Assembly: GCA_024346625.1 (NCBI GenBank)
Contig: AP024664.1
Location: 1,240,001-1,304,000, forward strand
DNA: 64,000 nucleotides
Origin: Williopsis jadinii
Taxonomy: Eukaryota
Reading direction: 5' to 3'
Of the stretch, positions 22,038-33,126 are shown piece by piece. Position 1 is the stretch's first letter. Every line of letters begins with the position of its first letter. A model generated the notes under the pieces. The model had not been told where the DNA came from. It saw only the letters and a program-made list of their open reading frames with translations, and did not search any database. The position numbers and the translations under genes are program-made.

Positions 22038-25000
22038 ATGGTTCCTCAGTGGATGCCTCAGAATATCCAGAAGAGGCTCCTCCTCTATGTTTTGCAACAA
22101 CTATCTCTTTTTTCAGAAATCGATCTACCAAATCTAGACGTGTCATTGGGATCAAGCAGTCAAGTGACATTGACCGATGTTGAAATTGATACAGAAGCCT
22201 TCAAAATACCAGGTATGCACCTAAGGAGTGGGAAAGTGAAGAACATTAAGCTTGAACTTAACATGACTGGGGGCGTCAACATCGAAGGTGACGGTTTGGA
22301 TATAACAGTTGCCCTGGACTCATCGCCATCAACTTTGCATAATCATGATCTGCAAAAGTCATCTTTTTCACTTGCACAAAGTACGCTTGACCTTGCAAAC
22401 AGCCTTATGGTTGATGTCAATCTTGAAGATGATGAAACCTCTTCCCGATCACTATCTGAGCCTACATCTGAAACAACACCATTGTCACAGGGTCCAGCTG
22501 GTGACACTTCGAGGCTGAACACTATGATGGCAAAAGCAGTCGAAGCTGCTTTAGCAAGACTGCATATCGATATCAAAAATATTACTGTACGTGTCATTAT
22601 GGAACACTCTACCGTTGATTTGGATATTGAAAGAGTGGATTTTTCTACATTGGACGGAACTAGAACAGTAAAGACGTCTGGGATCACTGTTGTTGCTGTT
22701 CATCCAAATGTTAATCCTGGCAAGGGTGGTGATGTAAGAGACGAATCACAGGATAGCTCAAATGATGATCAGTCAAGCTCTGAAGATGAGAACGATGATT
22801 GTTCTGAGAATATGATGTCCTCATCAATACTTCCAAATGACCTAAATGATAGTCTTGTTTATTCCAAAGAAGAGGCGAGCTCCATATACATGAGTGCAGC
22901 GTCAGAAGTTCTCCAATCTAGACTCAAAACTATTAATAATGGAGGAGCAAAACTTGTGTTTATCAATGAACTTAGTGCCACTTTTACTGGCATATCAAGT
23001 GTGGAAGACGTTAATATCATTATAGATGAGGTTAAAATCGCAGCGGTCCCAATTCCCCTTACTCTGTTGAGCATCATTGAATCATTTGGGGGTGCTTCGT
23101 CTTACAATTCTTCTGGAAGACTGCCCAAAACTGAGTCAAAATTCAAAGCAAAAGGTCAATCAACTCAGTCTAATGGCAATCCACTCTTTAAGAACTTGCT
23201 TGTGCGGAAAGTTTTTCTCAATTTGGAATCTGCTCTCACTGATGATGGCTCTTTCGCCAATGATGATGAAACTTCTCTTTGCATAGAGCATTTCGAAGTG
23301 CAGTATGTTAACGCAACACACTGCCATGGCTTTTTGAACAAAATCTTCATAACAGAAGGTGATGAAGTTGTTGGAGAATTCGAGGAAGACTCTGATAAGA
23401 ACGATTTAAGGTTTGAATTAATGGGTGATGATCTGACAGTACTTGTATCGAAAAAACTACAACTTAATCTTAAGTTGAAGCATTTTCAATCAGTGATAAA
23501 TCTTTCTTCCTTGGCACCACAAATCAGTGAATCACTGGCTAAGCTCAAAAGCAAGAGACCTATCAGGAAACAAGAGCCCGGTAATATTATAGTGCAAACG
23601 TCGGCCATTTCATTGAATCTCAATCTTTCTGATTCATCGGGCATTAGTTTGCAGGTGTCACCATTATCATACACATCCTCTAATGGTGAACTATCCATTC
23701 AGAAAGTTGTTTTTTCGAGAAACTCATCTGGTCAAGCTCAAAATGTGCTCACCGTTGAGAACATCAGGCTTCTCAGACACTTGAATAATAAGCAGATACG
23801 CTCCTTTGACACAAATGGTCATGAGTCATTCCTTATGACACAATTGTCCCTTGAAATGAAATCTATATCTCTTGTTATTGCACTTTCTGACTTACAAGAA
23901 TTGATTAACGAATGCTCTAACTTTTCAAAACTAATTGAAATACCGGCTCCAGACATTGTGTTTAAGGGAAAGAAAAAGGCTAGGACATCGAGCAACGTGA
24001 TGTTCCAATCTCGTCAACTCCTCAAATTACTAGTATCAGTGCACAGCGTAAACCTTCAGATAAAGGAAGTTTCGCCTGTTTTTGGAGATATTATTGGAGA
24101 GTTAAAGAAAAATACAGTCCTTCTGCATAAGGATGGGAGTATTCAGACTCATATAATGACAGCCTCAGTTGAGAGGAAATGTGCTGATGCAATAGACTAT
24201 CTCGTGTCTATCATTAACCCTGATGATCGATCTACACCAATGATATCAGCGAGAACAAAAAATTTCAAAACCTTTCACACATCGTTGAGGAACACTTGTA
24301 TTGATTACCATACGAGGTGGCTCTCTATGTTAAACGGTGGAAAGCAGGATTCATTGGCCAATAGTGAAGGTATTTCTGACTCGGAGAACATCAAGCCAGA
24401 TTCTGAATTTGAGATAAAACTAAATATTTCTGATTCTTCTATCGGCTTGAACCCCGAGAGATTAAAGTCCAAGGCAACACTGGTAATACCAAGTGGTAAC
24501 ATCGACATTATTGTGATGCCAAATGTCGTTGTTCGATCTGAGTTAAGAAATGCTTCATTGCTGCTTATCGACGACATTTCTAATATTGTAACTCATGAGC
24601 TTGCACGAAGCACTCAGTCGATGAGGTCATCCTGGACGCAAGCTTCCTATCTAAGCTCTCGTGGGCATGTTTCAGTTGGTCATATCAAACAACTTTTGGT
24701 GAATATCCTTGTAAAGTTTCCGGTTGATCCATGGTCAAGTTCATCTGTTGTTTTGGATATCAACTCCGAATCTTTAGATCTAAATCTTTGTGCTGACTCA
24801 TCACAGTGTCTCATGCAACTCTTGAGTGATCTAAAACAACCCATCATAATAAAGCCTGACCTCAAATACAAAGTCAATGGAAATCATGAAATTAACGTGT
24901 TTGAAGGGATTGAAAATAACATGTTCATTAACAACAATTTATCGGAAACAACTGCTGGTAAAACTGAGATGAATACAGACAACTCTAATACTGCTGATGA

Positions 25001-27152
25001 TGAGCCCCTTGACTTTGTTGAAGGATATTATGAGGGACCAGATGATAGTGCATCTAATATTTTGGAGCAAGACTTGGAAAATCTTGCTATCAAGTCAGAC
25101 AACCTAAATAATAACCCTTTCTTCAATCCTGCGCTTGAGAGTGAAACCGGTTTTAAAGTTGATTCAAAATCTGAAACATCCGACTCCACATTGTTGTTCA
25201 ATGATAGTCACTTCAACTCTGGCTCTGTTGATACAGTTAAAGGTCATGAGTCTGGTTTTCCTGTGGTTGTAATGGTGGAGATCTCCAAGGTTACTATCAA
25301 AATTCACGACGGTTACGACTGGAAGTACACGAGAAAGACGATCAGCAATGCTGTCAAACGCCTTGAGAAGAAGGCATTGGAACAACAGGAGTTGAAGAAA
25401 GTACAGCACACTCAATCTGGTGAAGCACGAACTGAAACAACTTCTGACCAAGTTGTTGGCGAAACTGTCTTTGATTCGATTATCGTATCTCTACCATTAT
25501 CGACAGATCCTTCTAAGCTTACCCAGATCATCAATAAGGATATATCAAATAAGGTTGAAGATGACAGTCCACATATTGATGTTGGAAAGAAGAGTAACAT
25601 TAAGAAACTAAAACTTCGCAGAACAAAACACCATAAAGTGATGGTTCAGTTGGATCATGTAATGTGCAATTTTACTGTTCTTTCTAATAAGGATCCTTTG
25701 AGCTGTTCAGAAATTATTGACGACTTTGATGTTCTCAACGAACTTGTTCTTGAAGTGAAGGATTTTTCTGTCACTGACAACGTTCCAACTTCTACCTGGA
25801 ACAAATTTGTGACTTACTTAAAAGACTCAGACCGAGAAAAGGGATCTAAAATGTTGAAGGTCAATATGAAGACCGTAAGACCAGTTGTGTCTCTTGCTGC
25901 GACAGAATTTATTTTGAATGTTAATGTTCTTCCTTTGCGTCTGCACGTGGATCAAGATACTTTGGAAGTTTTGACACGTTTTGGAGAATTCAAAGATGCT
26001 CGTTTTGCCCTCATAGATGAGTATGAGGATATACCTTACGTACAAAGGTTTGATATCAATCCAGTTCACGTTGTTCTTGACTACAAGCCTAAAAAGGTTG
26101 ACTATGCGGGTTTAAAATCAGGACATACTACAGAATTTATGAATTTCTTCATATTAGATGGTGCAGATATGGTTTTGAAAAGTGTTACTCTATACGGTAT
26201 ATCAGGGTTTTCTAAACTTGGAGTCGCACTCAATGATTTATGGATGCCAGATATCAAGTCTAACCAGTTAAGTGGTATTTTGACTGGACTTGCTCCTGTT
26301 AGATCCATTGCTAAAATTGGAAGTGGAATCAAAGATTTAGTTGTTGTACCTGCTAATGAATACAAGAAAGATGGACGCTTGTATAGAAGCATTAGTAAGG
26401 GTGTCCAACAATTTACAAAAACCACTACGAGTGAAGTTTTGAAATTTGGAGTTAAACTTGCAGCTGGCACTCAACAGATTCTAGAGAATGCTGAAGAGGC
26501 TTTAGGGGGGACTGGATCAGCTGCTAGGGTGCCTATTGCTCAGGATGAAGCTCATGGTAATAATGATGACTATCATGACGATGACAGCGACCTTGAATAT
26601 GAAGATGTACGTAATTTCGGTCAAAGTTCACAGCTCATAGGCAGAGGTTCTGCTGCTCCCCTGCAACGTTCGGTGTACCAGCCAGCACTGGAATCTATCG
26701 TCGATATCAATCCTGTTGTGTCTCTTTCACCTAGATCACGCTATAGAAAGGGTTCTTTTGCGAGAACGCAGGGCTATGATGGTGATGAAAGTGGTGGAGC
26801 CTATAATGTTGATGATGAGGAAATATATGGAGAGGAGAGACCAAAAACTGTGAGTCTTTATGCTGAACAGCCTGCAAATTTGAAGGAGGGCTTCTTTTTG
26901 GCATATGACAGTTTTGGTCGTAATTTACTTGTTGCTAAAGAAGCTATTATTAATGCTGGCACTGAGATCAGCGAAAGTGGAAGTGCCCATGATACTACAA
27001 TGGCTGTTCTAAGAGCTACTCCTGTTGTTCTTCTTCGCCCTGTAATTGGAGCTACAGAGGCAGCATCAAGAGCTTTACTAGGGTTTAACAACCAGCTAGA
27101 CCCAGGCCAGCGGGATTACACGAAGGACAAGTACAAAGGAATTAAAAAATAG
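22038..27152 (+). CDS. ATG2: Autophagy lipid-transfer protein Atg2
   Basis: N-terminal chorein WMPQNIQKRLLLYVLQQLSLFS; PLRLHVDQDTL; LDYKPKKVDY; ATG_C region. Confidence 0.95.
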   Translation: MVPQWMPQNIQKRLLLYVLQQLSLFSEIDLPNLDVSLGSSSQVTLTDVEIDTEAFKIPGMHLRSGKVKNIKLELNMTGGVNIEGDGLDITVALDSSPSTLHNHDLQKSSFSLAQSTLDLANSLMVDVNLEDDETSSRSLSEPTSETTPLSQGPAGDTSRLNTMMAKAVEAALARLHIDIKNITVRVIMEHSTVDLDIERVDFSTLDGTRTVKTSGITVVAVHPNVNPGKGGDVRDESQDSSNDDQSSSEDENDDCSENMMSSSILPNDLNDSLVYSKEEASSIYMSAASEVLQSRLKTINNGGAKLVFINELSATFTGISSVEDVNIIIDEVKIAAVPIPLTLLSIIESFGGASSYNSSGRLPKTESKFKAKGQSTQSNGNPLFKNLLVRKVFLNLESALTDDGSFANDDETSLCIEHFEVQYVNATHCHGFLNKIFITEGDEVVGEFEEDSDKNDLRFELMGDDLTVLVSKKLQLNLKLKHFQSVINLSSLAPQISESLAKLKSKRPIRKQEPGNIIVQTSAISLNLNLSDSSGISLQVSPLSYTSSNGELSIQKVVFSRNSSGQAQNVLTVENIRLLRHLNNKQIRSFDTNGHESFLMTQLSLEMKSISLVIALSDLQELINECSNFSKLIEIPAPDIVFKGKKKARTSSNVMFQSRQLLKLLVSVHSVNLQIKEVSPVFGDIIGELKKNTVLLHKDGSIQTHIMTASVERKCADAIDYLVSIINPDDRSTPMISARTKNFKTFHTSLRNTCIDYHTRWLSMLNGGKQDSLANSEGISDSENIKPDSEFEIKLNISDSSIGLNPERLKSKATLVIPSGNIDIIVMPNVVVRSELRNASLLLIDDISNIVTHELARSTQSMRSSWTQASYLSSRGHVSVGHIKQLLVNILVKFPVDPWSSSSVVLDINSESLDLNLCADSSQCLMQLLSDLKQPIIIKPDLKYKVNGNHEINVFEGIENNMFINNNLSETTAGKTEMNTDNSNTADDEPLDFVEGYYEGPDDSASNILEQDLENLAIKSDNLNNNPFFNPALESETGFKVDSKSETSDSTLLFNDSHFNSGSVDTVKGHESGFPVVVMVEISKVTIKIHDGYDWKYTRKTISNAVKRLEKKALEQQELKKVQHTQSGEARTETTSDQVVGETVFDSIIVSLPLSTDPSKLTQIINKDISNKVEDDSPHIDVGKKSNIKKLKLRRTKHHKVMVQLDHVMCNFTVLSNKDPLSCSEIIDDFDVLNELVLEVKDFSVTDNVPTSTWNKFVTYLKDSDREKGSKMLKVNMKTVRPVVSLAATEFILNVNVLPLRLHVDQDTLEVLTRFGEFKDARFALIDEYEDIPYVQRFDINPVHVVLDYKPKKVDYAGLKSGHTTEFMNFFILDGADMVLKSVTLYGISGFSKLGVALNDLWMPDIKSNQLSGILTGLAPVRSIAKIGSGIKDLVVVPANEYKKDGRLYRSISKGVQQFTKTTTSEVLKFGVKLAAGTQQILENAEEALGGTGSAARVPIAQDEAHGNNDDYHDDDSDLEYEDVRNFGQSSQLIGRGSAAPLQRSVYQPALESIVDINPVVSLSPRSRYRKGSFARTQGYDGDESGGAYNVDDEEIYGEERPKTVSLYAEQPANLKEGFFLAYDSFGRNLLVAKEAIINAGTEISESGSAHDTTMAVLRATPVVLLRPVIGATEAASRALLGFNNQLDPGQRDYTKDKYKGIKK

Positions 27153-27244
27153 GGGTTGTTTAATAAACGATTTGCATTGTTTTCTTATGACATCTTGATA
27201 GGGTCAATATATTCAAATTTCCATGGGGAGGCAAAGATCAAAGT

Positions 27245-28294
27245 CTATGGTTTCTGGACCTTTATAGAGTCACCACCCTTCTTTGAAGACTCCAAAGCAG
27301 CAGCAACGATGGCCAAATGATGGAATGCCTTTTCCGGGGTAGAAACGATGACAGATTTGTCCTTCTTAGTGACGGCTTCGTGTAGGTTCTCAAACTCATC
27401 AGCCAAACCGAAAGTATCGTTTTCCTTAAATTCGATTTCAGATTCAACCTTTGATTCCTGTGCCGAGTCACCAGTCATCACGGTGATCTTCAAAGGTTTG
27501 CCAGCACTGAAATCAGCAGTTAAGGATCCGGCATCACCGTAAATGACAAAGCTCCCCAGTTTCTCTGTGGCCCCAAATGCGGAACCGTATGTGAAAGTAC
27601 CGATAGCACCACTCTCTGCGTGCATTGTAGAGAATAAGATATCGTCACTGCCAGAAGTTTCTCTAACTTGTTTAGTCAACGCGGAGACAGAACTAATTGG
27701 ACCAACAACTTTAGTAAGAAGGGCCAACTGGTGTACACCACCGTCACTTAGATATCCACCAATGTGTTCTGGTTTCAGTCTCCACGGCGTGTTCATGAAA
27801 ACGTTGCTTTTGTTGTAAGGACCAGTATATCTGTAGGTAAAACCTAGCACATTGCCAATCTTTGGAAGCTGTTCCAAGAGGATATCACCAATCTTTAAGT
27901 ATAGCCAATTCTCTGCAATGACAATTGGAATGTCAGTGCTCTTGTCGAGTTTCACAATGGCCCTCGCATCATCAAGAGTTGCGGCAATTGGCTTCTCTAT
28001 GATTGCTGGTTTACCATGGCTCACCGCTTGTTCAAGGGTGCTCAAGTTGAACTGCACAGGGACTAAGATGTCTAAAACGTCGACATTCTTGTCACTCATG
28101 ATAGACTCCAATGTATCGTGAACATTTTGCTCCGGGATGTCTGCCTTCTTAGCAAACTCAATGGCTTTAGCCTTTGTTCTGTTGAACGCAGCCACAGGTG
28201 TGAACTTCTCATTGAGTTTCTGAATAGCCGGGAGGTGGTTGTTCGTGGCGAAGATTCCCGTACCGACAGTACCAATGTTTAAGTTTTGTGACAT
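27245..28294 (-). CDS. Gfo/Idh/MocA-family NAD(P)H oxidoreductase (YMR315W-like)
   Basis: VGTGIFA Rossmann motif, IIEKPIA and GGYLSDGGVHQLA. Confidence 0.85.
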   Translation of the reverse strand: MSQNLNIGTVGTGIFATNNHLPAIQKLNEKFTPVAAFNRTKAKAIEFAKKADIPEQNVHDTLESIMSDKNVDVLDILVPVQFNLSTLEQAVSHGKPAIIEKPIAATLDDARAIVKLDKSTDIPIVIAENWLYLKIGDILLEQLPKIGNVLGFTYRYTGPYNKSNVFMNTPWRLKPEHIGGYLSDGGVHQLALLTKVVGPISSVSALTKQVRETSGSDDILFSTMHAESGAIGTFTYGSAFGATEKLGSFVIYGDAGSLTADFSAGKPLKITVMTGDSAQESKVESEIEFKENDTFGLADEFENLHEAVTKKDKSVIVSTPEKAFHHLAIVAAALESSKKGGDSIKVQKP

Positions 28295-28695
28295 GATGTA
28301 ATTATTAGCTGATGATGTTGAATAAGTCCCAATAGACACTTCCTGGTTAAGGCCAATTGCGGTGGTTTATATAGTAATCCGATTGGAAGTGAAATGCTGT
28401 TCTTGCTCCTTCCCCCTCCCGTCGGCCCAATCAATTACGTGTTGACCTTCCCCAAAGTTATGACGAGATGTGTCTGCGTGCAGGTTAACCCCGATAAATT
28501 AAAGTTATTTCGGAATAACTGCTGAGCCATCTGCAGAGTACAAAAATTTTTCCGGGTGTAGCCTATGCGGAGAGGCAACGCTTGCGCTTACGGCTCCCCA
28601 ATGCCGCCAAAACTACAAATCTATCAAGTGGACTACGCTTTCTGTAATATGGAGGAGGTGTCGTAAAATCAAATTAGCATTAAAGAGTCTAAGAA

Positions 28696-30159
28696 TTAGT
28701 AGTAGGTGTGCTTCTCCTTGATGACTCTTTCGAGCAACCAGCAGAAGAATGCAGCGATGATGGAAAGACCACAGATCAGGACCAATATCATGTTTGAATA
28801 CTCGTACTGTCTAGCAGCATCTGCAGGCCATCCAGTGAACAATGCGTAAGTGGCCATGACAGAACCCAAGTTACCTAAACCGGAAACAAGCGCACTTGAG
28901 ACAGCAACACCAATGTCACCGTGCTTACGGCCAAAGATGTCAGCTGTTATGGACATACATGTCGGAACAGTTGGGCCCAATCCGAAACCTGTGATGAGCA
29001 ATCCACCATAACGACTCCATTTAGGGCCCGCATAAGTGCAGACAACGAGACCGACAATGATTATGACGGTTGAGCAAGAGAAGATCAGTGGTCTAAACTT
29101 CTTGAATATATCAGAAAGTGGCGTGATGAGAAGAATTGCGGCAAGGTCGAATAACCAGATAGGGGCATAAAGCAGGGAAACATCGATGGAACTGACACCC
29201 AACACGGTTCTGATCAAAGTGGTACCAAACACAGCTAGACCATAACCTGTACCAACCACACCAAAGTACATGATGATCAATGGCCAAACCTTGATGTCGA
29301 CCAAAATGTTCCAAATATCTCTTGCGGTCCATGTGAGCTTAGTTCTGTACTGTGACATATCCTTTTCATGAAGCAATCTATCTTCGTCATTCAGTGGGTA
29401 AACATTCAAAGCCTTTACCTTTCTGAAGATCTTGAAGTTGGATTCTCTGTCCCTTTGGTTATCTGGTAGCCAAAAGAGAAGAAGAGCACCGACGAAAACC
29501 GTGATGACACCGTAGACAAGGAAGAACCATCTCCATCCTTCTTTACCGTGTGTCATATCCATTCTCTGGAAACCTGCAGCGACCAACCCTGCACAAGCAG
29601 CAGATAACTGAGCAGCTGTGAAGTAATAACCAACACGTCTTGTCATTCTTTGAGGAGGGTACCATAGAGAGATGTAGTAACTCATTCCGGGCCAGGTACC
29701 AGCACCACAGATACCAGAAATCAATCTAATGGCAATGATACCGCCTGCAGAATCAAGGGCGGCGTAACAAGCATACACCAAACCAACAGACATCACAATA
29801 CGCGACAGCCATGCCTGTGGAGCCAGTTTGGTCATTATAATATTCATAGGCACATCGAAAATGATGTAACCAACGTAGTACAAAGCAGAAGCCGTTGATG
29901 TGTGCTTAGCAGTCAAGTTGAGGGTCTGTCTCAAAGAGTGACCAGCCTCAGAGTTCATCGTCAAGGCATTACCATACGCAGAAGAACCAAACGATGTCAA
30001 GAAGTACAGACACCACAACGCTGGAATGATTCTCAAATCCAGCTTGATGTAGATTTTCTCCAGTCTGGCAAGCTCCTCCTCGGTGAACTCCACAACGTCT
30101 GTCTGTGATTGTTCCTCATCGGTCACCTGAAGTGAATGCTTATCCTCTAGCTCACTCAT
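28696..30159 (-). CDS. MFS anion:cation symporter (allantoate/vitamin permease family)
   Basis: KLDLRIIPALW, LYYVGYIIFDVP, GWRWFFLVYG and LLFWLPD; about 12 TM segments. Confidence 0.85.
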   Translation of the reverse strand: MSELEDKHSLQVTDEEQSQTDVVEFTEEELARLEKIYIKLDLRIIPALWCLYFLTSFGSSAYGNALTMNSEAGHSLRQTLNLTAKHTSTASALYYVGYIIFDVPMNIIMTKLAPQAWLSRIVMSVGLVYACYAALDSAGGIIAIRLISGICGAGTWPGMSYYISLWYPPQRMTRRVGYYFTAAQLSAACAGLVAAGFQRMDMTHGKEGWRWFFLVYGVITVFVGALLLFWLPDNQRDRESNFKIFRKVKALNVYPLNDEDRLLHEKDMSQYRTKLTWTARDIWNILVDIKVWPLIIMYFGVVGTGYGLAVFGTTLIRTVLGVSSIDVSLLYAPIWLFDLAAILLITPLSDIFKKFRPLIFSCSTVIIIVGLVVCTYAGPKWSRYGGLLITGFGLGPTVPTCMSITADIFGRKHGDIGVAVSSALVSGLGNLGSVMATYALFTGWPADAARQYEYSNMILVLICGLSIIAAFFCWLLERVIKEKHTYY

Positions 30160-30301
30160 AGCTATGAAACTATCCAATATAACAGAGCACGAGGTTTGGA
30201 TTCACTCATGGATGAGTACAAGAGAAATTAGTCTCGCTACCTTCTTTATATATGTCCCACATCCTGAGATGATGATTCAACTGGCCCTCGGTGAGCTTCC
30301 G

Positions 30302-30377
30302 TGACTCGCAAGCGCAAAATTTGACATGACTCTGTGATTTTCCCATATGTGGAAATTTTTCATGAGTCATGAGTCAT
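30302..30377. promoter_or_regulatory. Gcn4-type sites upstream of the MFS gene
   Basis: Two overlapping perfect ATGAGTCAT (30362-30370, 30369-30377) plus TGACTC at ~30302 and ~30328. Confidence 0.65.
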
Positions 30378-30603
30378 CTTTTGACTTGTGAATCATCTGG
30401 GCCGGACAGGTAAATGAACAGCCGGGCCTGAGTTTGATGGAGCCTCTCTAACTGATACAGGCTGGCAGATGTGGGGGCTAAAGGGTCCGCTCGTTTATAT
30501 ACGATAGCAGTTATAGTCACCATCAGCCCCATGGACCGCTCCAATGTAGGTGTGACTGAAATATTTGCAGTTGGTTTCTCTTGATTCGTGCACTATGTAA
30601 GGC

Positions 30604-33126
30604 TCATGAAAGCATCACGTTCATCTCCCAATCTCTGTGAACGCTCAGCCAGTTATCATTTGGCTCTGCGTTCTTTCTCCGTCTCCATACTTCGAACATG
30701 ATTTGTCTAGCACCCCAGTAGGACCCGATTCCACTTAGCTTCACAAACTTCACTGCCCACTCTCTGAAACGCGACTGGAGTCTTGCATCTGTCGCTGAAC
30801 ACCCTGCGATAAAGCCTTGGAAGAACATTGAATGTATCTTCACATTTTTATCTTTGCTGAGTTCCAGTAGACTCTCCAGGTGTGAGATGCAATCTGTGCA
30901 GTGCTTTTGAAGGAATATATCGCCAAGTTCACGTATGAGAGTGAAATAGTACACAATTAGAGCATTGTGTATAGAGTGGATTTGATGGTGTAAACCTTCA
31001 TGGAAATCCGTAAAGAAATTACCCTCATCGTCCTTTAGGATCCATTCGGGTTGCCATTCTATTAGTCTCTTCTCAAAGGTGGTACAGACATTTTTGAATC
31101 TTAGATTGTCTTTGGGATCACCATTCTTCTCAAGATAGAGCTTCAGCTTTAGTAGTTTGACAGCCTCACTGAAGAACAGAATCAATGAATTTGTAATACC
31201 ATACATAGCCTCTGTGAGTAAAAGCTTTGTACCTTTTTCAGTGGTCGATATGTTGCAATTAATAAAGTTTGGTTCGTACCTCGTCACAGCAGTATCAGAT
31301 TTTACAAAGACGATCCCTATTGTCCCATCATCTGGGTAAATCACCTCCTGAAATTCACCTTTGCACGTTCTATTGGCATTGGAATGTTCCAGCATATCCA
31401 GATATTTGTCCTTTTGTTCTTCATTGATGTTTTCCAAGTTTTGAAAACTGGTTGAATCCTGAATCAGCCGTAAAAATGAGTATATTCTATGCAATGACTT
31501 TGCCTTGTTACTCAACTGAGGTCTGATAGCCATCCTCTGAGCAATGAACTCGCCACACAACGACAAATGATATTGACAGTCTGCCATTGTTCCCCAAACA
31601 ACATCGATCGTATTCATAGAAAGCATAGCAACGATCACATCTTTATACCTTTCATCTTGCATCTTGGAGGCATTGATTCCACTTTGGAGCATTTTCTTCA
31701 GGAACGCAGTTGCTTGAGTTCTAAATTGAATTCCCAAATCGAGGAAGAACTTCATCTCTGTGGATCCCTTTTCATACTTCGACTGTAAATTGAAACACAC
31801 AACGGCTAGAAGCGCATTGAGCAACGACATCCTCGATTTAGAAGATTTCCCTCTAGCTGCTAAATCTCCCAGTGCAAGTACTGCTCTTGGAAAGTAGATG
31901 GTCTTCCAGGGATTTCTTGGAAACATCACAACCGTCATAAGATCTGCAACATGGTTAAAATAGTAGTCGAGTAAAAATCTTGTTAGTGAGGTAACTTGTA
32001 TACCATTTGTCGGAATGTTGAGCGAAGCTCTGAGTTCAGGTGTGAGCACTGGTGTTTCAATAATCTTTATTGCATCTTCTGGCATCTTTGATTCAGCAGT
32101 CTCAATAATAATTTCATCAGGTGTCCTTATTGTTGTGTCTGAATTGGCCCTTGTTTCCTCCTGTTCTGCCATGTGAGCCTGTGGTCTTAGTACGTTGAAC
32201 ACCTCCCTTTCATACGCTGAAAACTGTAAACCACCATCCGTCTCATCATACGGTAAAGCTAAGCCATTAATAACACCGGGGTTTTCATGTCCACTACTTC
32301 CATTCACATTTGATGGAATTGGATATAACAAATCGGTAAACAGCTTGTTTTGATCTATTGATGCACTCACCGCTGTTGCAGATAGCAGAGCATCAAAGCG
32401 TAACTCATTCGAGAGCCATTCATGATTGAATCGGTCATTTGAGAAGAGGTTGTCATCATTTTTGTGTCCTTGATCTATGGTACCATTCGCTGCATTCCCA
32501 TTTGCAAATGAGTCGTATGACATAGGTGTACTGTGGTTGCTTGTATTCCTCGTATCGCTTGGTGTTGATTTTTGTCGTCTCTCGTTCAGATTGACCTGTA
32601 CGATCTCCATCCGTTGCTTAGCGTATTTACCTCTTTTTATTTTCTTTCTCTTATTCATGAGGTCATTAGGTATATTCTTCAACCCTTCAAAGACGCCAAA
32701 TGGACCTTGAAACCAAGTCTGTTGATCCTCGATCAGTGCGTAATTTGGGCTGTGTAGCATCCCTAGATCCCTGTCCATCTCCTCATAAGTTTGATATTCG
32801 CGTTCATACTTTACAAACTCCACGTTTCTCCTCTGAAACCCCTTTTGTACATTCTCCTCGTCGTCGTCTCCAAATCTTATCTGGTACCCATACTTATCAA
32901 ACTGAATGGGCCTAAACCAGCACAGTTGAATTGTATAGCCAGCACACACGAGACCAGACCTCTTACACCGTTCACAAAATGGTTTCCCCAAGTCACACTT
33001 GATCTTTCGAAGCCTACAGGTGGCACATCCCGTGAATGTCTTCGTCTTCTTCTTCTTTAGTGAGGGCCTTACCCCATTCGAAATCTCCATAGCTGATGAG
33101 GCGCCAATCTTCGTCTTCGATGACAT
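30604..33126 (-). CDS. ARG81: Arginine-responsive Zn2Cys6 transcription factor (ArgRII/Arg81-like)
   Basis: KTFTGCATCRLRKIKCDL...PIQFDKYG...QRRNVEFVKYEREY matches the Arg81 N-terminus; C-terminal fungal TF domain (GIGSYWGARQIMFEVWRRR). Confidence 0.82.
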   Translation of the reverse strand: MSSKTKIGASSAMEISNGVRPSLKKKKTKTFTGCATCRLRKIKCDLGKPFCERCKRSGLVCAGYTIQLCWFRPIQFDKYGYQIRFGDDDEENVQKGFQRRNVEFVKYEREYQTYEEMDRDLGMLHSPNYALIEDQQTWFQGPFGVFEGLKNIPNDLMNKRKKIKRGKYAKQRMEIVQVNLNERRQKSTPSDTRNTSNHSTPMSYDSFANGNAANGTIDQGHKNDDNLFSNDRFNHEWLSNELRFDALLSATAVSASIDQNKLFTDLLYPIPSNVNGSSGHENPGVINGLALPYDETDGGLQFSAYEREVFNVLRPQAHMAEQEETRANSDTTIRTPDEIIIETAESKMPEDAIKIIETPVLTPELRASLNIPTNGIQVTSLTRFLLDYYFNHVADLMTVVMFPRNPWKTIYFPRAVLALGDLAARGKSSKSRMSLLNALLAVVCFNLQSKYEKGSTEMKFFLDLGIQFRTQATAFLKKMLQSGINASKMQDERYKDVIVAMLSMNTIDVVWGTMADCQYHLSLCGEFIAQRMAIRPQLSNKAKSLHRIYSFLRLIQDSTSFQNLENINEEQKDKYLDMLEHSNANRTCKGEFQEVIYPDDGTIGIVFVKSDTAVTRYEPNFINCNISTTEKGTKLLLTEAMYGITNSLILFFSEAVKLLKLKLYLEKNGDPKDNLRFKNVCTTFEKRLIEWQPEWILKDDEGNFFTDFHEGLHHQIHSIHNALIVYYFTLIRELGDIFLQKHCTDCISHLESLLELSKDKNVKIHSMFFQGFIAGCSATDARLQSRFREWAVKFVKLSGIGSYWGARQIMFEVWRRRKNAEPNDNWLSVHRDWEMNVMLS

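Noticed and set aside
7702..27152. ATG21-like and ATG2 as an autophagy cluster
   Set aside because: They are 13 kb apart with unrelated genes between; likely coincidence.
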